From assembly GCA_030390025.1 (NCBI GenBank), contig JASTWF010000033.1, positions 1,614,001 through 1,678,000 of the forward strand: a stretch of 64,000 bases of DNA, given 5' to 3'. Below are positions 1-14,575 of this stretch, in pieces (within the stretch, counting starts at the first letter, position 1; each line of letters starts with the position of its first letter). Origin of the DNA: Squalus acanthias. Its lineage: Eukaryota. The notes beneath the pieces are model-generated. The model had not been told where the DNA came from and searched no databases. It worked only from the letters and a program-made list of their open reading frames with translations. A program made the translations under genes and the position numbers.

Positions 1-3000
1 TCACGCTCACTCTCGCACACTGTCTCTCTCAGACTCACTCTCTCGCACATTGTCTCTCTCAGACACTCTCTCACACACTGTCTCTCACACTCTCTCACTG
101 ACACTCTCTCACACACTCGCTTACACTTACTCTCACACTCACTCTCACACTCACTCTCACACTCACTCTCACACTCTCTCTCACACTCTCTCTCACACTC
201 TCTCCCACACTCCTTCTCACACTCTCTCTCACACTCTCTCTCACACTCTCTCTCACACTCTCTCTCACACTCTCTCTCACTCTCTCTCACACACTCTCTC
301 TCACACTCTCTCTCACGCACTCTCTCACACTCACTATCTCACACTCACACTCTCTCACACACTCTCTCACACTCACTCTCAAACTCACTCTCACACTCAC
401 TCTCTCACACTCACTCTCACACTCACTCTCACACTCTCTCTCACACTCTCTCTCACACGCTCTCTCACACTCTCTCTCACACTCTCTCTCACACTCCCTC
501 TCACACTCTCTCTCACACTCTCTCTCACACTCCCTTTCACTCTCTCTCACACACTGTCTCTCACACTCTCTCTCACACACTCTCTCACACTCACTCTCTC
601 ACAGTCACTCTCTCACACATACACTCTCACCCTCACTCTCTCACACTCACACTCTCACACACTGTCTCTCTCAGACTCACTCTCTCACACACACTCTCTC
701 TCAGAATCACTCTCTGAAACACACTCTCTCTCTTTAACTCACTCTCTCATACACTGTCTCTCTCAGACTCTCTCTCACACATTCTCACACATTCACTCTC
801 TCACACACTGTCTGTCAGACTCACTTCCTCACACACTCTCTCTCAGACTCACTCTCTCACACACTGTCTCTCACACTCACTCTCTCACACTCACTCTCGC
901 ACACTGTCTCTCTCAGACTCGCTCTCTCACACTGTCTCTCTCAGACTCACTCTCTCACACACTGTATCTGACTCACTCGCTCATACACGGTCTCTCTCAG
1001 ACCATCTCTCTCAGATTCACTATCTCACTCACTGTCTCTCTCAGACTATCTCTCACACACTCTCTCAGTTTCAATCTCTCACACACTCTCTCTCTCAGAC
1101 ACACTCTCTCATACACTCTCTCTCTCAGACTCACTCTCTCATACACTGTCTCTCTCAGACTCACTCTCTCCTACATTGCCTCTCTCTCAGACTCACTTTC
1201 TCACACACTGTCTCTCTCAGTCTCACTCTCTCACACACTTTCTGTCAGACTCACTCTCTCACACACTGTCTCTCTCAGACTCTCTCTCAAATACTGTCTC
1301 TCAGTCTCACTCTCACACACACCGTCTCTCTCAGACTCTCTCTCACACACACTGTCTCTCTCAGACTCACTCTCTCTCTCACTGTCTCTCTCAGACTCAC
1401 TCTCTCAAACACTGTCTCTCTCAGACTCTCTCTCACTGTCTCTCTCAGGCTCACGCTCTAAAAAAACACTGTCTCTGTCAGACTCACTTTCTCACACACT
1501 CTCTCTCTCAGGCTCACTCTCTCACCCACTGTCTCTCTCAGACTCACTCTCTCAGACACCGTCTCTCTCAGACTCACTCTCTCACACACTGCGTCTCTCA
1601 GACTCACACTCTCACACTGTCTCTCTCAGACTCTCTCTCACACACTGTCTCATTCAGACTCACTCTCTCACACACCGTCTCTCACAAACTCACTCTCACA
1701 CGCTGTCTCTCAGAATCAGTCTCACAAACAGTCTCTTTCAGACTCACTCTCGCACACACTGTCTCTCTCAAACTCACTCTCTCAAACACCAGCTCTCTCA
1801 GACTCACTCTCTCACACACTGTCTCTCTCTCAGACTCACTCTCTCACACACTGTCTCTCTCAGACTCTCTCTCAAACACTGTCTCTCAGTCTCACTCTCA
1901 CACACACCGTCTCTCTCAGACTCTCTCTCACACACACTGTCTCTCTCAGACTCACTCTCTCTCACTGTCTCTCTCAGACTCACTCTCTCACACACTGTCT
2001 CTCTCAGACTCTCTCTCTCTCTTACTGTCTCTCTCAGACTCACTCTCTCAAACACTGTCTCTCTCAGACTATCTCTCGCTGTCTCTCTCAGGCTCACGCT
2101 CTAAAAAAACACTGTCTCTGTCAGTCTGACTTTCTCACACACACTCTCTCTCAGGCTAACTCTCTCAACCACTGTCTTCTCAGATTCGCTCTCTCACACA
2201 CTGTCTCTCTCAGACTCACTCTCTCACACTGTCTATCTCAGACTCTCTCTCACACACTCTCTCTCAGACTCACTCTCTCACACACTTTCTCTCTCAGACT
2301 CACTCTCTCAGACACCGTCTCTCTCAGACTCACTCTCTCACACACTGCGTCTCTCAGACTCACTCTCTCACACAGCGTCTCTCACAAACTCACTCTCACA
2401 CGCTGTCTCTCAGACTCAGTCTCACAAACTGTCTCTTTCAGACTCACTCCCACACACACTGTCTCTCTCAAACTCACTCTCTCAAACACCAGCTCTCTCA
2501 GACTCACTCTCTCACACACTGTCTCGCTCAGCCTCTCTCACACTCTCTCTCTCAGACTCACTCTCTCACACACACTATCAGACTCACTGTCTCACACACT
2601 GTCTCTCTGTCTCACCCTCTCACACACTGTCTGTCAGTCTCACTCTCTCACACACTGTCTCTCAGATTCCCTCTCTCACACACCGGCTCTCTCATACTCA
2701 CTCTCACAGACACTGTCTCTCTCAGACTCACTCTCTCTCACACTCTCTCTCTCAGACTCTCTCTCACTCTCTCTCACACACTTTCTCTCACACTCTCTCT
2801 CACACACTCTCACACACTCACTCTCTCACACTCACACTCTCTCACACACTCTCTCACATTCACTCTCACACTCACTCTCACACTCACTCTCACAATCTCT
2901 CTCACACTCTCTCTAACACTCTCTCTCACAATCTCTCTCACTCTCTCTCTCGCACTCTCTCACTCTCTCTCACAAAACTCTCTAACACACTCTCTCACAC

Positions 3001-6000
3001 ACTCTCTCACACTCCCTCTCTCACACTCACTCTCTCATACTCAATCTCTCTCACACACCGTCTCTCTCAGACTCACTCTCTCACTCACACTCTCTCTCAG
3101 AATCACTCTCTCACACACACTGTCTCTCTTAAACTCACTCTCTCATACACTGTCTCTCTCAGACTCTCTCTCTCTCACACATTCTCACACATTCACTCTC
3201 TCACACACTGTCTGTCAGACTCCCTTCCTCACACACTCTCTCTCAGCCTCACTCTCTCACATACTGTCTATCTGGCTCACTCTCTCACACAACGTCTCTC
3301 ACACTCACTCTTTCATACTCACTCTCTCTCACACACCGTCTCTCTCAGACTCACTCTCTCACTCACACTCTCTCTCAGAGTCACACTCTCACACACACTC
3401 TCTCTCTTAAACTCACTCGCTCATACATGCTCTCTCTCAGACCATCTCTCTCAGACTCACTCTCTCATGCACTGTCTCTCTCAGACTATCTTTCACACAC
3501 TCTCTCAGATTCAATCTCTCACACACACTCTCTCTCTCAGACTCACTCTCTCATACACCCTCTCTCTCAGACTAACTCTCTCATACACTGTCTCTCTCAG
3601 ACTCAATCTCTCATACATTGCCTCTCTCTCAGACTCACTTTCTCACACACTGTCTCTCTCAGTCTCACTCTCTCACACACTTTCTGTCAGACTCACTCTC
3701 TCACACACTGTCTCCCTCAGACTGCCTCTCAAACACTGTCTCTCAGTCTCACTCTCTCACACACCGTTTCTCTCACACTCTCTCTCACACACACTGTCTC
3801 TCTCAGACTCTCTCTCTCACACACTGTCTCTCTCAGACTCACTCTCTCTGTTACTGTCTCTCTCAGACTCACTCTCTCAAACACTGTCTCTCTCAGACTC
3901 TCTCTCACAGTCTCTCTCAGGCTCACGCTCTAAAATAACACTGTCTCTGTCAGACTCACTTTCTCACACACTCTTTCTCTCTCAGGCTCACTCTCTCACC
4001 CAATGTCTCTCTCAGATTCACTCTCTCACACACCGTCTCTCTCAGACTCACTCTCTCACACTGTCTCTCTCAGACTCTCTCACACACTCTCTCTCAGACT
4101 CACTCTCTCACTCACTTTCTCTCTCAGACTCACTCTCTCACACACCGTCTCTCTCAGCCACACACTCTCACACACTCTCTCAGACTCTCTCACACACTCT
4201 AACACTCACTGTCTCACACACTGTCTCTCTCAGACACCGTCTCTCTCAGACTCACTCTCTCACACGCTGCGTCTCTCAGACACATTCTCTCACACTGTCT
4301 CTCTCAGACTCTCTCTCACACACTGTCTCTCTCAGACTCACTCTCTCACACTCCGTTTCTCTCAGACTCACTCTCACACACTATCTTTCAGACTCAGTCT
4401 CACACAATTTCTCTTTCAGACTCACTCTCGCACACACTGTCTCTCTCAAACTCACTCTCTCAAACACCAGCTCTCTCAGACTCAGTCTCTCTCACACCCT
4501 CTCAGACTCACTCTCTCACACACTGTCTCTCTCTCAGACTCACTCTGTCACACACTCTCTCGCTCAGACTCTCTCACACTCTCTCTCTCAGACTCACTCT
4601 CTCACACACACTTTCAGACTCACTCTCTCACACACTGTCTCTCTGTCTCACTCTCTCACACACTGTCTGTCAGTCTCACTCTCTCACACACTGTCTCTCA
4701 GACTCCCTCACTCACAAACCGTCTCTCTCAGACTCTCTCTCACACACTGTCTCTCTCAGACTCACTCTCTTTCACACTCTCTCTCTCACACTCTCTCTCA
4801 CACACTGTCTCTCTCAGACTCACTCTCTCTCACACTCTCTCTCACACTCTCTTTCACACACTGTCTCTCTCACACTCACACTCTCTTAGACACTCTCTCA
4901 CACTCACTCTCACACTCACTCTCTCACTCACTCTCACACTCTATCACACTCACTCTCACACTCACTCTCACACTCTCTCACACACACTATCACACACTCA
5001 CTCTCTCACACTCACACTCTCTCACACACTCTCTCACACTCACTCTCACACTCACTCTCTCACTCACTCTCACACTCTCTCACACTCACTCTCACACTCA
5101 CTCTCACAATCACTCTCACAATCTCTCTCACACTCTCTCTCACACTCTATCTCACACTCTCTCTCACACTCTCTCTAACACTCTCTCTCACAATCTCTCT
5201 CACTCTCTCTCTCGCACTCTCTCACTCTCTCTCACAAAACTCTCTCACACACTCTCTCTCACACACTCTCTCACACTCACTCTCTCACACTCACTCTCAC
5301 ACACTCACTCTCTCATACTCACTCTCTCTCACACACCGTCTCTCTCAGACTCACTCTCTCACTCACACTCTCTCTCAGAAACACTCTCTCACACACACTC
5401 TCTCTCTTAAACTCACTCTCTCATACACTGTCTCTCTCAGACTCTCCCTCTCTCACACATTCTCACACATTCACTCTCTCACACACTGTCTGTCAGACTC
5501 ACTCCCTCACACACTCTCTCTCAGCCTCACTCTCTCACATACTGTCTATCTGGCTCACTCTCTCACACAACGTCTCTCACACTCACTCTCTCACACTCAC
5601 TCTCGCACACTGTCTCTCTCAGACTCTCTCTCACACACTTTCTCTCTCAGACTCACTCTCTCACACTCTGTATCTGACTCACTCTCTCATTTTCGGACTC
5701 TCTAAGACCATCTCTCTCAGACTCACTCTCTCATGCACTGTCTCTCTCAGACTCACTCTCTCACACACTGTCTCTCTCAGACTCACTCTCTCGCACACTG
5801 TCTCTCTCAGACACTCTCTTTCACTCTCTCTCACACACTCTCTCTCACTCACTCTCTCGCACTCACACTCTCTCACACACTCTCTCACACTCACTCTCAC
5901 ACTCACTCTCACACTCACTCTCACACTCTCACACTCACTCTCACACTCACTCTCACACTCACTCTCACACTCTCTCACACTCACTCTCACACTCACTCTC

Positions 6001-9000
6001 ACACTCTCTCTCACACTCTCTCTCACACACTCTCTCACACTCTCTCTCACACTCTCTCTCACACTCCCTCATGCTCTCTCTCACACTCTCTCTCACACTC
6101 TCTCTCACACTCTCTCCCTCACTCTCTTTCACTCTCTCTCACACACTCTCACACTCTCTCTCACACACTCTCTCACACTCACTCTCTCACACTCACTATC
6201 TTACACTTACTCTCTCACCCGCACTCTCTCACACTCACACTCTCACACACCGTCACTCTCAGACTCACTCTCTCACACACACTCTCTCTCTTAAACTCAG
6301 TCTCTCATACACTGTCTCTCTCAGACTCTCTCTCTCTCACACATTCTCACACATTCACTCTCTCACGCACTGTCTGTCAGACTCACTCCCTCACACACTC
6401 TCTCTCAGACTCTCTCTCACACACTGTCTCTCTGACTCACACTCTCATACACTGTATCTGACTCGCTCGCTCATACACGGTCTATCTCAGACCATCTCTC
6501 TTAGACTCACTCTCTCACGCACTGTCTCTCTCAGACTATCTCTCACACACTCTCTCAGATTCAATCTCTCACACACACTCTCTCTCAAACTCACTCTCTC
6601 ATACACTCTCTCTCTCAGACTCACTCTCTCATAAACTGTCTCTCTCAGACTCACTCTCTCAAACATTGCCTCTCTCTCAGACTCACTTTCTCACACACTG
6701 TCTCTCTCAGTCTCACTCTCTCACACACATTCTGTCAGACTCACTCTCTCACACACTGTCTCCCTCAGACTCTCTCTCAAACACTGTCTCTCAGTCTCAC
6801 TCTCTGACACACTGTCTCTCTCAGACTCTCTCTCACACACACTGTCACTCTCAGACTCACTCTCTCTGTTACTGTCTCTCTCAGACTCACTCTCTCAAAC
6901 ACTGTCTCTCTCAAACTCTATCACACTGTCTCTCTCAGGCTCACGCTCTAAAATAACACTGTCTCTGTCAGACTCACTTTCTCACACACTCTCTCTCTCT
7001 CAGGCTCACTCTCTCACCCACTGTCTCTCTCAGATTCACTCTCTCACACACTGTCTCTCTCAGACTCACTCTCTCACACTGTCTCTCTCAGACTCACTCT
7101 CTCACTCACTTTCTCTCTCAGACTCACTCTCTCACACACCGTCTCTCTCAGCCACACACTCTCACACACTCTCTCAGACTCTCTCACACACTCTAACACT
7201 CACTGTCTCACACACTGTCTCTCTCAGACACCGTCTCTCTCAGACTCACTCTCTCACACGCTGCGTCTCTCAGAGTCACTCTCTCACACTGTCTCTCTCA
7301 GACTCTCTCTCACACACTGTCTCTCTCAGACTCACTCTCTCACACACCGTTTCTCTCAGACTCACAATCACACACTGTCTTTCAGACTCATTCTCACACA
7401 ATGTCTCTTTCAGACTCACTCTCGCACACACTGTCTCTCTCAAACTCACTCTCTCAAACACCAGCTCTCTCAGACTCAGTCTCTCACACACACTCTCAGA
7501 CTCACTCTCTCACACACTGTCTCTCTCTCAGACTCACTCTCTCACACACTGTCTCGCTCAGACTCTCTCACACTCTCTCTCTCAGACTCACTCTCTCACA
7601 CACACTTTCAGACTCACTCTCTCACACACTGTCTCTCTGTCTCACTCTCTCACACACTGTCTGTCAGTCTCACTCTCTCACACACTGTCTCTCAGACTCC
7701 CTCACTCACACACCGTCTCTCTCATACTCACTCTCACACACACTGTCTCTCTCAGACTCACTCTCTCTCACACTCTCTCTCTCAGAATCTCTCTCACAAT
7801 CTGTCTCTCTCAGAGTCACTCTCTTTCACACTCTCTCTCTCACACTCTCTCTCACACACTGTCTCTCTCAGACTCACTCTCTCTCACACTCTCTCTCACA
7901 CTCTCTTTCACACACTGTCTCTCTCAGACTCACTCTCTCACACTGTCTCTCAGTCTCACTTTCTCACTCACTCACTCTCTCACACTGTCTCTCTCTGACT
8001 CACTCTCACACTTTCTCTCTCAGACTCACTCTCTCACACTGTCTCTCTGAGACTCTCTCACACACTGTCTCTCTGACTCACTCTCACACACTGTCTCTCT
8101 CAGACCCACTCTCTTTCACGCTCTCTCTCTCACACTCTCTCTCACACACTGTCTCTCTCAGACTCACTCTCTCTCACACTCTCTCTCACACTCTCTTTCA
8201 CACACTGCCTCTCTCAGGCTCACTCTCTCTCACACTCTCTCAGACTCTGTCTCACACACCATCTCTCTCAGACTCACACTCTCACACTGTCTCTCAGTCT
8301 CACTTTCTCACTCACTCACTCTCTCACACTGTCTCTCTCTGACTCACTCTCACACTTTCTCTCTCAGACTCACTCTCTCACACTGTCTCTCTCAGACTCT
8401 CTCACACACTGTCTCTCTGACTCACTCTCACACACTGTCTCTCTCAGACTCACTCTCTTTCACGCTCTCTCTCTCACACTCTCTCTCACACACTGTCTCT
8501 CTCAGACTCACTCTCTCTCACACTCTCTCTCACACTCTCTTTCACACACTGCCTCTCTCAGGCTCACTCTCTCTCACACTCTCTCAGACTCTGTCTCACA
8601 CACCATCTCTCTCAGACTCACACTCTCACACTGTCTCTCAGTCTCACTTTCTCACTCACTCACTCTCTCACACTGTCTCTCTCTGACTCACTCTCACACT
8701 TTCTCTCTCAGACTCACTCTCTCACACTGTCTCTCTCAGACTCTCTCACACACTGTCTCTCTGACTCACTCTCACACACTGTCTCTCTCAGACTCACTCT
8801 CTTTCACGCTCTCTCTCTCACACTCTCTTTCACACACTGCCTCTCTCAGGCTCACTCTCTCTCACACTCTCTCAGACTCTGTCTCACACACCATCTCTCT
8901 CAGACTCACACTCTCACACTGTCTCTCCGTCTCACTTTCTCACTCACTCACTCTCTCACACTGTCTCTCTCTGACTCACTCTCACACTGTCTCTCTCAGA

Positions 9001-9410
9001 CTCACTCTCTCACACTGTCTCTCTCAGACTCTCTCTCACACTGTCTCTCTGACTCACTCTCACACACCGTCTCTCTCAAGTTCTCTCTCACACCCTGTCT
9101 CTCAGACTCACTTTCTCACACAGTCTCTCTCAGATTATCTCTCTCTCACACTGTCTCTCTCAGACACACTCTCTCACACACTGTCTCTCTCAGACTCACT
9201 CTCTCTCACACTGTCACTCTCAGACTCACTCTCTCACACACTGTCTCTCTCTCTCAGACTCTCTCACACTGTCTCTCTCAGACTCACTCTCATACAAACT
9301 GTCTCTCTCAGACTCTCTCTCTCACACGCTCACTCTCTCTCACACTGTCTCTCTCAGACTCATTCTCTCACACACTCTCTCTCGCTCACCCTCTCTCTCT
9401 CACACAGACT
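1..9410. repeat. Complex CT/CA-rich satellite built from ctct/caca/ctcagactca/cactgtct motifs, with higher-order structure
   Basis: The + strand is almost entirely C/T/A with short recurrent motifs. Rare landmark words recur (ggctcacgctctaaaa at ~1448, 2091, 3920, 6938). The long S/L/H/T ORFs result from low complexity. The array runs off the left edge of the window. Confidence 0.95.
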
Positions 9411-9753
9411 ACCTATGTATCTCTCACTATCAGGACCTCCATCCCCTCTTTTAGACACAGATTATCTCTCCCATCTCTTGTACAGTCACTGATTCTCCAC
9501 CTCCCCTCTCAGACATCCTGACTTGTTCTCCCTTTGCTCTGACACACAGGCTCTCTGTCCCTTCTTGTCCCCTCCTCCCCTCTCAAATATTGTCTTCCCA
9601 TTTCTCTCTCACACAAACTCTCTGCCTTTTCTGTTGTACACACCGACTCTTAAGACATGTAATTGTTTGAATGTAACAAGTATTGCCGCAGTCGTCAATT
9701 AATGTTGGATTTATTGAGGATATTTCAGATATCCCTATTGTCCTTAAGTTGAG

Positions 9754-10197
9754 GTGTCAGCTGTGGCTCTGTGGGTAGCACAGTCGCCTGTGAGTCAGAA
9801 GGTTGTGGGTTCAAGTCCCACTCCATGGGACTTGAGCACATAAAGCTAGGCTGACACTCCAGTGCAGTGCTGAGGGAGTGCTGCACCATTGGAGGTGCCG
9901 TCTTTCAGATGAGATGTTAAACCGAGGTCCCGTATGCTCTCTCAGGTGGATGTAAAAGATCCCATGGCACTATTTTGAAGAAGAGCAGGGGAGTTATCCC
10001 CGGTGTCCTGGCCAATATTTATCCGTCAACCAACATAACAAAAACAGATTATCTAGTCATTATCACATTGCTGCTTGTGGGAGCTTGCTGTGTGCAAATT
10101 GGCTGCCGCGTTTCCCACATTACAACAGTGACTCCACTTCAAAAGTACCTCATTGGTCGTGAAAGGCGCTATAGAAATGCAAGTCTTTTTTATTTTA
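9754..10197 (+). mobile_element. tRNA-derived SINE with Deu domain (SacSINE1/AmnSINE-like DeuSINE)
   Basis: tRNA-like head with A box (tggctctgtgggtag) and B box (ggttcaagtccc). The central segment gtgcagtgctgagggagtgctgcac...ggaggtgccgtctttcagatgagatgttaaaccgagg...aaagatcccatggcac matches the Deu domain as I recall it. The tail is ggcgctatagaaatgcaagtc plus a T-rich end. Confidence 0.8.
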
Positions 10198-10234
10198 GCT
10201 ATTGTCATATATTCCTATCGCACTTTTACACTGA

Positions 10235-11520
10235 ATTACATTGAATTTACAGCACAGAAACAGGCCATTGGGTCCCTCTGGTCTATAGTGGTGTTTGTGA
10301 TTGTCACAAGCCTCCTCCCAGCCCTCTTCACGTGACCTTTCAGCATCTCCTTCTATTCCTTTCACCCTCAGGTGCTTATCAAGCTTCCCCTCAAACGCGC
10401 CTGTGCTGTTCGCCTCAACTACTCCTTGTGGTAGCGAGTTCCAATTCTAACCACTCTCTGGGCAAAGAAGTTTCTCCTGAATTCCCTGTGGGATTTATTA
10501 ATGGACAGCTTGTATTTCTGGAGCCTAGTTTTGGTCTCTCCCCACAAGTGGAAGAATCTCTCCACGTCGACCCGATCAAACCCTTTCATAATCTCACAGA
10601 ACTCTGAGCTCACCCCTCAGCCTTCTCTTTTCTAGAGGCCTGGTAAGCCTTTCCTGATAATTATAACCTCACAGCTTTGGTATCACCTTTGAAAATCTTT
10701 TTTGCCCCTTCTTCAGTGTCTCTCCATCCTTTATATAATATGGAGACCAGAACTGTGAAAATTAAAGTTAAATGTGGTCTAATCAACGTTCAATACAAGT
10801 TTAACATACCTTGTCTGCTTTTCAATTCTATCCCTTTAGAAACGAACTCAAGGGCTTGGTTTGCTTTTTTATGGCCTTATTAACCTGCGTCGCTACTTTT
10901 AGTGATTTGAGTATCTGTACCCCCAGATCCCTTTGCTCATCTGCTCGAGTAAGACAATTAATTTCCAAGCACTATGTGGCCTCCTTATTCTTCCTACCAA
11001 AATGTGAAATCTCTCGCTTATCGATATTGAAATTAATTTGCCAATTACAGACCCATTCTGCGAGTTTATTAATGTTCTCTTGTATTTTGTCGCAGTCTTT
11101 CTCAGTATTAACTCGACTCCCCCAATTTGGTGTCATCCGCAAATTTTGAAAGTGTATTTCCGATTCCCGAGTCCAAATCATTGATGTTAATTGTGAACAG
11201 TGGTCCCAGCACCGATCCTTGTGGAAAACCACTTCCCAACATTTTCCAGTCTGGGGAGCTCCCCTTAACCCCGACTCTCTGTTTTCTGTTCTGCAGCCAG
11301 CGCGCTATCCATTCTGCTACCGGTCCACTGACTGCACATGCTCTAACCATTGTCATGAGTCTACGATGCGGTACCTTATCGAAGGCCTTTTGAAAATTCA
11401 AATCTATTATATCTACTGTATTGTCCTTGTCTTCTCTTTGTTACTACTTCACAGAATTGAATAAGGTTGGTCACGCATGACCTTCCCTTTTGAAATCCCT
11501 CCTGACTATCCTTTATCACG
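10235..11520 (-). mobile_element. CR1-type LINE, 5'-truncated decayed RT and 3' end
   Basis: Minus-strand peptides [27 protein letters not shown] and RRNFFAQRVV, interrupted by frameshifts and stops. Confidence 0.9.
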
Positions 11521-11664
11521 TTTTCTGTTGTCACATTTTTTTTCTACTGTGGGGATATTGCAGGATATTTTCATACATCCTTACTGGCCGTATGTGGGGG
11601 TATCATAGATATTGTCATATCGCTTTTCCTGTACTGTGAGTGTATTGTAGGATATGGGCTACAC

Positions 11665-12256
11665 CTCAATCATCCATTGCGTTTATTACCTCTAGACTTG
11701 ACTATTCCAACGCTCTCCTGGCCAGCGTCCCACCTTCTCCCCTCCATAAACTTGAGGTCATCCAAAACTCTGCTGCCCGTGTCCAACTCGCACCATTCCC
11801 GTTCACCCATCACCCCTGTACTCGCTGAGCTACATTGACTCCTGGTTAGGCAACGTCTCAATTTAAAATTCTCATCCTTGTTTTCAAATCCCTCCAGGGC
11901 CTCGCCCCTCCCTATCTTTGTAATCTCCTCCAGCCCCACACAAATCCCTCCGAGGTATCTGCGCTCCTCTAATTCTGGCCTCTTGAGCATCCCTGATTTT
12001 AATCACTCCTCCATTAGTGGCCGTGGCTTCAGCTGCCTCGGCCCTGAGCTCTGAGTTTCTGCTCTGAATTTCCTCTCTAAGCCTCTCTACCTCTGTTTCC
12101 TCCTTTAAACCTCCTGAAAACGTTTGAACAACATTTTGTTCATCTGCCCTAATGTGGCTCGGTGTCAAATTTTGTCAGAAATGCTCCTGTGAATCGTCTT
12201 GGGACTTTTTACCATTTTTACTACGTTAAAGACGCTATATAAATACAAGTTGTTGT
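11665..12256 (+). mobile_element. L2-clade LINE 3' fragment
   Basis: Peptide AFITSRLDYSNALL...LEVIQNSAAR, typical of the L2 ORF2 C-terminus. The tail is ttaaagacgctatataaatacaagttgttgt. Confidence 0.8.
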
Positions 12257-13270
12257 ATTGCCCTCATGTCGAAGCTTTGAAGGATATTGTCATATATCCC
12301 TATTGCCCTTATTGAGGTATTGGAGGATATTGTCATATATCCCTATTGCCCTTATTGACGTATTGGAGGATATTGTCATATATCCCTATTGCCCTTATTG
12401 AGGTATTGTAGGATATTGTCATATATCCCTATTGCCCTTATTGACGTATTGGAGGATATTGTCATATATCCCTATTGACCTTATTGAGGTATTGGAGGAT
12501 ATTGTCATATATCCCTATTGCCCTTTTTGAGGTATTGGAGGATATTGTCATATATCCCTATTGCCCTTATTGACGTATTGGAGGATATTGTCATATATCC
12601 CTGTTGACCTTATTGAGGTATTGGAGGATATTGTCATATACCCCTATTGTCCTTATTGAGGTATTGTAGGATATTGTCATATATCCCTATTGTCCTTATT
12701 GAGGTATTGTAGAATATTGTCATATATCCCTATTGACCTTATTGAGGTATTGAAGGATATTGTCATATATCCCTATTGACCTTATTGAGGTATTGAAGGA
12801 TATTGTCATATATCCCTATTGACCTTATTGAGGTATTGGAGGATATTGTCTTATATCCCTATTGACCTTATTGAGGTATTGAAGGATATTGTCATATATC
12901 CCTATTGACCTTATTGAGGAATTGGAGGATATTGTCATATATCCCTATTGCCCTTATGGAGGTATTGGAGGATATTGTCATATATCTCTATTGACCTTAT
13001 TGAGGTATTGTAGGATATTGTCATATATCCCTATTGCTCTTATTGAGGTATTGGAGAATATTGTCATATATCCCTATTGCCCTTATTGAGATATTGGAGG
13101 ATATTGTCATATATCCCTATTGCCCTTATTGAGGTATTGGAGGATATTGTCATATATCCCTATTGACCTTATTGAGATATTGGAGGATATTGTCATATAT
13201 CACTATTGGCCTTATTGAGGTATTGGAAGATAGTGTCATATATCCCTATTGCCCTGAGGTGGAGGTATTA
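12257..13270 (+). repeat. 43-bp tandem minisatellite (~23 copies)
   Basis: Unit tattgcccttattgaggtattggaggatattgtcatatatccc repeated head to tail with point variants. Confidence 0.95.
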
Positions 13271-14575
13271 GAAACACAGGACACAGAAACAGGAGTCGGC
13301 CCTTCAGCCCATCGAGCCTGTCCCTCCATTCAATGAGATCGTGGTTGATCTGTGTCCTAACTCCATCCACCCGACTTAGCTCCAAATCCCTTAATACTCT
13401 TGGTGATAAAATCTATCGCCCTCAGATATGAAATTATTATTTGAGCTGACATCTACTGCTTTTTGTGGGAGAGGGTTCCACACTTCTACCAACATTTGTG
13501 TGAAGAAGTGTTTCCTAAATTCTCTCCTGAATGGCCTGGCTCTGATTTTAATGTTATGCCCCCTTGTCCGAGACTCCTTCACCTGCGAAAAAAGTTTTTC
13601 TCTATCTATCCTATCAATTCCGTTCAAAATCCCGCTAACCTCAATCATCACACCCCTTGACCTTCTATATTCCAGGAATAGAAGCCAGGTTTCTGTAATT
13701 TGTCCACATAATGTAACCCTTGGGCGCTGGTAACATTCTCCAAGGCCAATATGTCCTTTCCAAGGTGCGCTGCCCAGAACTGTACACAGTGCTCCAGATG
13801 TGATCTAACCATGGCTTTGTATAGCTCTAGCAATTACCCTTTTATTCTGGCCCTCTAGATATAAAGGCTAACATTCCTTTAGCTTTGTTGATTATTTTTT
13901 GCACCTGATCACTATATTTTAGTGATCTCTTTACACAAACCCCTAAATGTCTTTGGAGCTTCACTGTTCCCAGCTTTCCACCATTTAAAAAATACTCACA
14001 TCTTCTTTCTTTGGTCCAGAATGGATGACCTCACACTTCACTGCGTTGAAATCCAGCTACAACAGTTTTGCCCACTCAGTTAATCTATCAATGTCTCTTT
14101 GTAATTTTATGCTCCCCCCTACACTATTTACTGTGCCATCTAGCTATGTGTCATCGGTAAACCTTGATATATGGCTCTCTATTATGTTATTCCTGTCATT
14201 AATAAATATAGTGAATAGTTGACCCCCCAGCACAGATTCTTGTGGGACACCACAAGTCACTTCCTTCCAATTTGAGTACATTCCCATTATCCCTAATCTC
14301 TGTCTTCTACCGCCTAACCAATCTCCTAACCAGGTCAATAATTTGACTTCAATTCCATGACCTTTAATTTTAGCTGACAGTCTCTTGTACAGAACCTCAT
14401 TGAATGCCTTCTGGAAGTCCATATACAACACATCCGTAGACATTCCCCTGTCTATTACTTCAGCTAATTCCTCAAAATTCAATGAGGTTCGTTAGACATG
14501 ACCTGCCCTTTACAAATCCATATTGCCTCTCTCTAATCAACGCAAATTTCTCTGTGTTCAGTCACTTTGTCCTTA
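13271..14575 (-). mobile_element. CR1-type LINE, decayed RT and 3' tail
   Basis: Peptides YMDFQKAFNEV, GVPQESVLG, LYKAMVRSHLEHCVQFW and RKHFFTQ. The CR1 3' stem-loop tail lies at ~13275-13350. Confidence 0.9.

Noticed and set aside
50..8342. Long ORFs of up to 684 aa rich in S/L/H/T (and R/E/V/C on the minus strand)
   Set aside because: Low-complexity satellite that is poor in stop codons; ORFs overlap in several frames and show no domain signal
12257..13270. CRISPR-like appearance of the 43-bp repeat
   Set aside because: The units are contiguous with no unique spacers, there are no cas genes, and the context is vertebrate
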